Assembly (NCBI GenBank): GCA_963664115.2
Contig: CAXWPJ010000009.1
Coordinates: 32,001-96,000 of the forward strand
Length of the DNA stretch: 64,000 nucleotides
Direction of reading: 5' to 3'
DNA from: Terriglobia bacterium
GTDB lineage: Bacteria > Acidobacteriota > Terriglobia > 20CM-2-55-15
The notes under the pieces were generated by a model, which had not been told where the DNA came from, did not search any database, and saw only the letters and a list, made by a program, of their open reading frames with translations. A program made the position numbers and the translations under genes. Every line of letters begins with the position of its first letter. Within the stretch, counting starts at the first letter, position 1. Shown here piece by piece: positions 58,617 through 64,000 of this stretch.

Positions 58617-59081
58617 ATGAATAATTTATCAGCAAAGACCTGGGTGGTCGCAGCAATTGTCGGCGTCATTTCCATAGGCGTCATGACCACGCCGGCCCTG
58701 TCGCACCACTCTTTCGCGATGTATGACCAGACAATAGAAAAAACCGTCACGGGCAAACTGACGCGGTACGTCCCTGGATCCAACCACGCACAGCTCATCT
58801 TCGCGTTGTTGAATCCCGATGGCAGCGCCGTCATGGAGAATGGCCGCGCTGTTCAATGGGGTGTGGAAACGAGCTCGGCGGCGGCGCTGGCGCGTTCCGG
58901 TGTCACCGTAGATAGTTTTCCTTTGGGCACCATCATTACGGTCACCCTGCACCCACTCAGAGATGGCCGCACCTTCGGAGCCATGACCAACACAGCCGGA
59001 CGGCTCATCGCTTGCGGCATGACCATGCCTGAGGGTGGTTGTACCGTCGAAACAGGCCAAGTCTTTTTGGGTGGAGATTGA
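58617..59081 (+). CDS. DUF6152-like exported protein
   Basis: Signal peptide, then HHSFAMYD; NH; W-x-x-E; HPLRDG. Confidence 0.8.
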   Translation: MNNLSAKTWVVAAIVGVISIGVMTTPALSHHSFAMYDQTIEKTVTGKLTRYVPGSNHAQLIFALLNPDGSAVMENGRAVQWGVETSSAAALARSGVTVDSFPLGTIITVTLHPLRDGRTFGAMTNTAGRLIACGMTMPEGGCTVETGQVFLGGD

Positions 59082-59282
59082 TCCGTTCCAGCGTCACTTT
59101 TTGCCTGATTGGACACGGGTGAGGCTGAACCCATTCCGCATTTTTCTTCCAGGAAGACGCCGCGGCGGCGCGCTGCGGGAAGGGGCGCAGTCCCGCGATC
59201 CCCGCGACGTCGCCATCCGATATTCAATCGACATCGAACTCCGGTAACAACTGGCTTTAAGATATTGAGGGAGGAACTTCAA

Positions 59283-60482
59283 ATGGGTATGTCACACAGG
59301 ACAATATCCTCGATCGCAGTGCTCATGTTGCTTGCCCTTGTGGCAGCAGGAATATTTCTGACTCCCGCCGAAGCGCAGCGCGGACGCGGAGGCTTTGGAC
59401 GCGGCGCAGGCCCTGCAGTCGATCCCGGACCACCCGCAGGCATGGAACCACTTCCGGTCGACTTGTTTACGACCGAGAATTTCTATTTCGACAGAGAGTA
59501 CTGGACGGACCCACGGTATACGCGCTGTAACACGCCGCGCCAGTTGACAGACATGTGGCGGGCCGGCAGGGAAGGCCATTGGGGCGATTGCGCTCTGGAC
59601 CGTAACATCGCCGACATTGTGAGCCCACACGACTATCAGACGGGGGAGGAGCATTACCGTGCCCTGTTGGCGGAGGCCGCCGCCGCAGGCGGCCCAACGG
59701 AATACACGCGCGAAACTCTGCCGAACTGGGACGGTTGGTACGATAGAGGGGCTCGCGACGAACAGTGGATCTGGGGCCGGAACCTGCAGACCGCCACGAT
59801 GATATCCCTGCTGACTCCTGAATACGCCAAGAGGATGACGCAGCAGAACTACCACGAGGGAGTGAGCAATTCTCCACAGTGGATGGCTTCGTTCTGCTAT
59901 CCCGAGGGTTTCATGCGTTGGTGGGCGCAAGCCTCACTCGGTGGTCCCATCGAGGTCATGGTGACGCCGGATAGGGTTCAGTTTCTAAGTGGTCAGGCGG
60001 ACAATTTTCTCCGGAGAGTGCTGATCGGCCAAGATCATGTGCAACAGGTTCCCCAGTGGTTCGGTGAAACAGTCGGGTTCTGGAACGGCGACACTTTGGT
60101 CGCCTGGACGGCCAACGTCCAGGGATGGACCATTTCGCATTCGATGTTCGAATACAGCGGTGAGCTCGAGGCCGTGGAAGTGATCCGACCCAACCCCGAC
60201 GGAACGGGACTCCTAGTAGAAGCGACCTTTTACGATCCGGAGGCTTTTCGGCAGCCCCTTCATACGGTAACGCCATGGATCCTCCGGTCCCGCCTCGACG
60301 ATCCCGAAACGAGATACGAGTTCAATCAGTGTCGGGTCCAGAGCACGATTGTCAATGGTCCTGACGGTCGACCCACCCAGCTCATTTTCATCGATGACGG
60401 TTATGTCGATTACTTCGGTCGACCCTGGGCCCAGAACTGGGAAGAGCATTTCGAACAAGGCTGGGAGCGTCCCACCGATTGA
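59283..60482 (+). CDS. Exported uncharacterised Cys/Trp-rich protein (paralog B, intact)
   Basis: GAGGAGG RBS; signal peptide; [36 protein letters not shown]. Confidence 0.88.
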   Translation: MGMSHRTISSIAVLMLLALVAAGIFLTPAEAQRGRGGFGRGAGPAVDPGPPAGMEPLPVDLFTTENFYFDREYWTDPRYTRCNTPRQLTDMWRAGREGHWGDCALDRNIADIVSPHDYQTGEEHYRALLAEAAAAGGPTEYTRETLPNWDGWYDRGARDEQWIWGRNLQTATMISLLTPEYAKRMTQQNYHEGVSNSPQWMASFCYPEGFMRWWAQASLGGPIEVMVTPDRVQFLSGQADNFLRRVLIGQDHVQQVPQWFGETVGFWNGDTLVAWTANVQGWTISHSMFEYSGELEAVEVIRPNPDGTGLLVEATFYDPEAFRQPLHTVTPWILRSRLDDPETRYEFNQCRVQSTIVNGPDGRPTQLIFIDDGYVDYFGRPWAQNWEEHFEQGWERPTD

Positions 60483-60521
60483 AGACGCGCCTCTCCCTCG
60501 GACTGACGCAAGGAAACGGGT

Positions 60522-60737
60522 ATGCGCTATATCGAGTTCAAAGAGGCCATCGGTGAGGCGCTCCGCCGAAATACCGACGGTCTGACTTGGGCCGAGTTGC
60601 GAGAACGCCTGGAACGGCAATACAAACGTCCGTGTCCGACCTGGACCCGGAATCTCGAGCGTGAGATCGGCCTGTCCCGCAAAAAAGGGTCAGGCCGCGC
60701 GCTCGTATGGCGCGTGCCTGGCTCACACCCTGCCTGA
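60522..60737 (+). CDS. Small basic hypothetical protein (wHTH-like)
   Basis: AAGGA RBS; GLTWAELRERL...PCPTW...ALVWR. Confidence 0.65.
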   Translation: MRYIEFKEAIGEALRRNTDGLTWAELRERLERQYKRPCPTWTRNLEREIGLSRKKGSGRALVWRVPGSHPA

Positions 60738-60766
60738 TATCCCCATTCCAGAGGAACGTCAAGCGG

Positions 60767-61660
60767 CTACTGCCCGAGGTAGTATTCGCCGGTCGTGTCG
60801 TCCGCGTAGGGATTCCGGAAAGTCTGATACAGCTCCTTTACGGCGGATTCAGGGTCGCAGTCCCAGGTTCCGATCATATCCTGGTCGGTTCGTTCCAGTG
60901 TGCCAACAAAGGTGAACGGCTCTTTCAGAAAGAGAGGATCTTTCACGGTGATGGACAGTTCCATCGTGTCGTTGTCGATGAGTTGGTAACGCTCTACCCA
61001 TGTGGCCATATGCGACCGGGCCACGTGCGAATGGTCATCGTAACCATCGGGATCCCAAGTGAAGTTAGTGGTTTCGACAACCAGCGTGTTTCCGTCCATC
61101 CAGCCGACGGGATGGCCGTGAGAATAAGAGAGCGCTGCAGGCGGGTGCTGCCGACCGTCCATCCACACCTCGCGGATCCAGTTGGACTGTTCGAAGTGCA
61201 TCACGAAGGCATCCGGCCTTTTGGAAAAACCGCGCAGGTAGCCTTCGGTCAACTGGGTTCCCAGGCTCGCCATCTGACAGGTCCATCGCGGAGACACCGC
61301 ATCATCCCCGTTTATAAACTCCATCCAGGCGCGACCTCTCCCGTTCAGGAACTGTTCCAATTGATCGATCGGCCACTGGCACAGTGGCGCCGGGTTTTCG
61401 ACCGTTCCTCCCTGACCCAATCCTGCGACCAAAGGGTTTCCATAGGAATCGGTTCCGGAGCCACAACTCTGACGGGGAGTCCGCCAGTCCCAGGTTCCAA
61501 TGAAGTTGTTCGGCACCTCAGAGATCGTGGGCACGCGAGTCAGATCAAACACTTGTGCTGAGGCGTCCTGGGAGCCAACGATCATGCAGATAAGGACCGC
61601 AAGGCAAATCACAGCCGCTCGGGATGCCCTTCGGTATAGATCTCTTCTAGTACTCTCCAT
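60767..61660 (-). CDS. Exported uncharacterised protein distantly related to paralogs A/B
   Basis: AAGGAG RBS; signal peptide; REVWMDGRQHP, GHPVGWMDGNTLVVETTNF, WDC. Confidence 0.8.
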   Translation of the reverse strand: MESTRRDLYRRASRAAVICLAVLICMIVGSQDASAQVFDLTRVPTISEVPNNFIGTWDWRTPRQSCGSGTDSYGNPLVAGLGQGGTVENPAPLCQWPIDQLEQFLNGRGRAWMEFINGDDAVSPRWTCQMASLGTQLTEGYLRGFSKRPDAFVMHFEQSNWIREVWMDGRQHPPAALSYSHGHPVGWMDGNTLVVETTNFTWDPDGYDDHSHVARSHMATWVERYQLIDNDTMELSITVKDPLFLKEPFTFVGTLERTDQDMIGTWDCDPESAVKELYQTFRNPYADDTTGEYYLGQ

Positions 61661-61814
61661 TGTTATCTACTCCTTACTCAGGCTAGGGAAACGGGTCGGT
61701 ATGCGTGTGGCAGGCCGAGTGGCGATCGCCTCTGTCCTCTGGCCCGACGAAGCCGTTTATATCAGTCCAATTTCTGGGTTTCAATGCAAGCTGACACACA
61801 CCCGGATCATCGTC

Positions 61815-62369
61815 CTAGCGCACTCCCTCATCGCCCGTAGGCACACTGGCCGGCGGCACAACGCCGTTCATCCGGGCGTAAACCACCATTTGCCCATAAT
61901 GATTGAAGCTGTGGTAAGCAATTCCTGCTGCGACGTCCACACGCGGACTTGGACCAAAGACCGAGCCCACCGGTTCCATGTGGTTTTCCATGGTCAACGA
62001 CGCCATTGCCCTCCGGGCATAGGCAAGCGAGCCCTTGAGAAACGCGATGACCTCATCCTTGGACTGAACGTTGTCGGGACCATTATTATGGGTTCCGGGT
62101 CCGTGCGGTGATTCCTCTTCCATCACAAGTGCAGCCGTCATGTAGATCATCGTTGCGAGGTGCCGCACCTGCTCACCGAAAGTTCGGACACCTTCGAACT
62201 CGCCGTCCGTCGGCAAAAACTCATAGCGATCGGCAGGCATCGCCTCGGCCAGGGACAGCACGTCGTTTTCGACGAGCGTCACCTGGTGCGCGTACATCTC
62301 GGCGACGGGGTCCTGGGCCATGAGGGTCCCCGTACCCAGCAACATCACAACCACGATTCGCATCATCAC
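61815..62369 (-). CDS. Exported DinB-family protein
   Basis: AEAMPADRY, RTFGEQVRH, HSFNHYGQMVVYARMNGVVPP. Confidence 0.9.
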   Translation of the reverse strand: MMMRIVVVMLLGTGTLMAQDPVAEMYAHQVTLVENDVLSLAEAMPADRYEFLPTDGEFEGVRTFGEQVRHLATMIYMTAALVMEEESPHGPGTHNNGPDNVQSKDEVIAFLKGSLAYARRAMASLTMENHMEPVGSVFGPSPRVDVAAGIAYHSFNHYGQMVVYARMNGVVPPASVPTGDEGVR

Positions 62370-62455
62370 TCTGACTACCTCAAGTTATTTTTGACTTTCA
62401 GATGAAGTCCAGGGACATACCCGTGGACAGCTTGTTGGAACACTTGGATCGAATA

Positions 62456-63814
62456 TCAATCCCCCATTTCCCGGGCTTCCATGACCGCCGCCTCGCCCGA
62501 ATTTGCCGCAGCCCGCCGACTAAAGAAACCAGACACCAGCCAGGCCAGGCCTGCAAGGACCAGGGCAAATATCAGCCAACCCACGGCCATGGTTAGGAGC
62601 GACGCGCTCAACGAAGGCCATGGGTACTGACGGAGCACTTCCGCTCGATCAACCATCCAGTGCCACGCCGTATGGGCGACCAGCACAGAAAGGACGATTG
62701 TACCGATGCGCTCGGCGACCCCATAGCGGAACAGCAATCCCAAAGCCGGTATGACCAGCGCAAGGACGAAAAGTTGCCCGAGTTCCACTCCGATATTGAA
62801 CGCTACCAGCGAGCCGAGCAGGTGCGAACCCGCGAACTGGAGAGTCTCGCGCAGGGCGAACGAGAATCCGAAGCCGTGGACGAGTCCGAACCCGAGCGTA
62901 ATCATCCACCGGCGCTCCACGTTCGTGGAGACAACGTTCTCGATCGCCATATACACAATGGACATCGCGATTAAGGTTTCCACCAGCGGTGGGAACCATA
63001 GCGAGGTGGGCGCCAGACCGTAAGCGGACGCGATGAGCGTAATCGAGTGAGCGAAGGTGAAGGACGTCACGACCATGACGAGCGAACGCCACCGACGGAG
63101 CGGGATTACCAGACACAACAGGAACAGCAGATGGTCGATCCCGTCCAGGATGTGGAAGAATCCAAACTCTATGAACCGCGCCGCAGCCTGGTACCAGCGT
63201 GGATCGAGCCTCACGATACCGGGATCGCCCAGAACCTCGAAAGCGCGCACCGTGCCGTCGGGAAGTACGAAGCGAATGACGGTAAGCACCCGCAGTCCCA
63301 GCCTCTCCAATCCAGGCCTTACGGAAAACTCCGACTGATCCGATCGAATCGGGTATTCGAGCGCCACATCCAACATACCCTGTTGCCAGTAGAGATCGAT
63401 GTTTTCAGCCAATTGGCCTCTCGTGATGTGCTCTCGAGCCTGTTCGTAGGACGCAAACGAGGCATCTGAGGGCAGCGATACACGTACAGCCGCGATCCCG
63501 GGGATGGGAAGGCGCCGGTCGTCTTCGTAGATCTCAATATCGTTCGCAATCCATAGTGTTGCCGCATCCCGCAGTACGTTTTCAATTCGGGCGAGGTCCA
63601 GATAGCCGGGTCCACGCGTCGGCCACGTCATGTCGGCCATGGCCTCCATCGGGACCCGTATCAAGACGTGCAACTGCTGAGCTTCCGGCCGGATCCATGC
63701 CTGAACCGTAACGTCGCTGGGAATCTCGTGAGCGGCCGATTCCAGAGGCAGCAACGTGAAAATCAGGACCACCAGATGAGGGATCAGCCCGCCTTTTTTA
63801 AATCGAAAAATCAT
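62456..63814 (-). CDS. HupE/UreJ-family membrane protein with a large N-terminal periplasmic domain
   Basis: Signal peptide, then HEIP; GFFHILDGIDHLLFL, FTFAHSITL, FGLVHGFGF, FNIGVELGQ. Confidence 0.9.
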   Translation of the reverse strand: MIFRFKKGGLIPHLVVLIFTLLPLESAAHEIPSDVTVQAWIRPEAQQLHVLIRVPMEAMADMTWPTRGPGYLDLARIENVLRDAATLWIANDIEIYEDDRRLPIPGIAAVRVSLPSDASFASYEQAREHITRGQLAENIDLYWQQGMLDVALEYPIRSDQSEFSVRPGLERLGLRVLTVIRFVLPDGTVRAFEVLGDPGIVRLDPRWYQAAARFIEFGFFHILDGIDHLLFLLCLVIPLRRWRSLVMVVTSFTFAHSITLIASAYGLAPTSLWFPPLVETLIAMSIVYMAIENVVSTNVERRWMITLGFGLVHGFGFSFALRETLQFAGSHLLGSLVAFNIGVELGQLFVLALVIPALGLLFRYGVAERIGTIVLSVLVAHTAWHWMVDRAEVLRQYPWPSLSASLLTMAVGWLIFALVLAGLAWLVSGFFSRRAAANSGEAAVMEAREMGD

Positions 63815-64000
63815 AAGTTCTTAAGGGATGGACTCTTGATTCGGTATTACTTATCGCATATTAACCGCTTCCGGTCCCCAGAACGAGTCGTCCGTCCTAC
63901 TGGCGAGGGTAATGAGACTGGCATCAACCTGACAAGCGAAAAGCACTGAACGCTGACTGGATCAAAGGCCTGTGTCCCCAGTACAGCATTCCAGAAGGAC

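Noticed and set aside
55325-60482. Genome-wide UGA=Trp (code 4) reassignment
   Set aside because: TGA ends many genes at their expected termini, including both paralogs (E[KR]PTD*), and TGG is abundant
57402-60482. Diversity-generating retroelement TR/VR pair
   Set aside because: Similarity spans whole genes, differences are not adenine-specific, and no reverse transcriptase is present

Overview
Bacterial chromosomal window, about 57% GC by eye, probably Acidobacteriota (inferred from an acidobacterial-type VWA protein, the ferredoxin N-terminus and DUF6152-like loci). (1) 1-2.4 kb: two glycosyltransferase genes broken by an IS256 element and an IS3 remnant. (2) 2.5-41.8 kb: a nearly complete flagellar region on the minus strand (flgB to flgL, fliW, csrA, and a separate short flagellin) with a readable sigma70 > bEBP/sigma54 > sigma28 cascade and CsrA sites. 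It has several oddities: FliM lacks its CheY-binding peptide; motAB, flhG, fliD, fliS and che genes are absent from the window; a stand-alone HisKA and a MITE-like repeat sit where motAB is often found; FlgJ is fused to an M23 peptidase; FlgH has no Cys; FliK carries a 39-bp VNTR; flgE, fliK and fliI carry lesions that may be assembly errors. (3) 42-55 kb: housekeeping genes, including an exported UxxC selenoprotein with a SECIS-like hairpin that the ORF track splits in two. (4) 55-64 kb: an accessory cluster of exported proteins (M61 peptidase, three members of one uncharacterised Cys/Trp-rich family, DUF6152-like, DinB, HupE/UreJ), in which two adjacent genes each have an in-frame TGA at an expected Trp position. 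No tRNA, rRNA or CRISPR array was seen.
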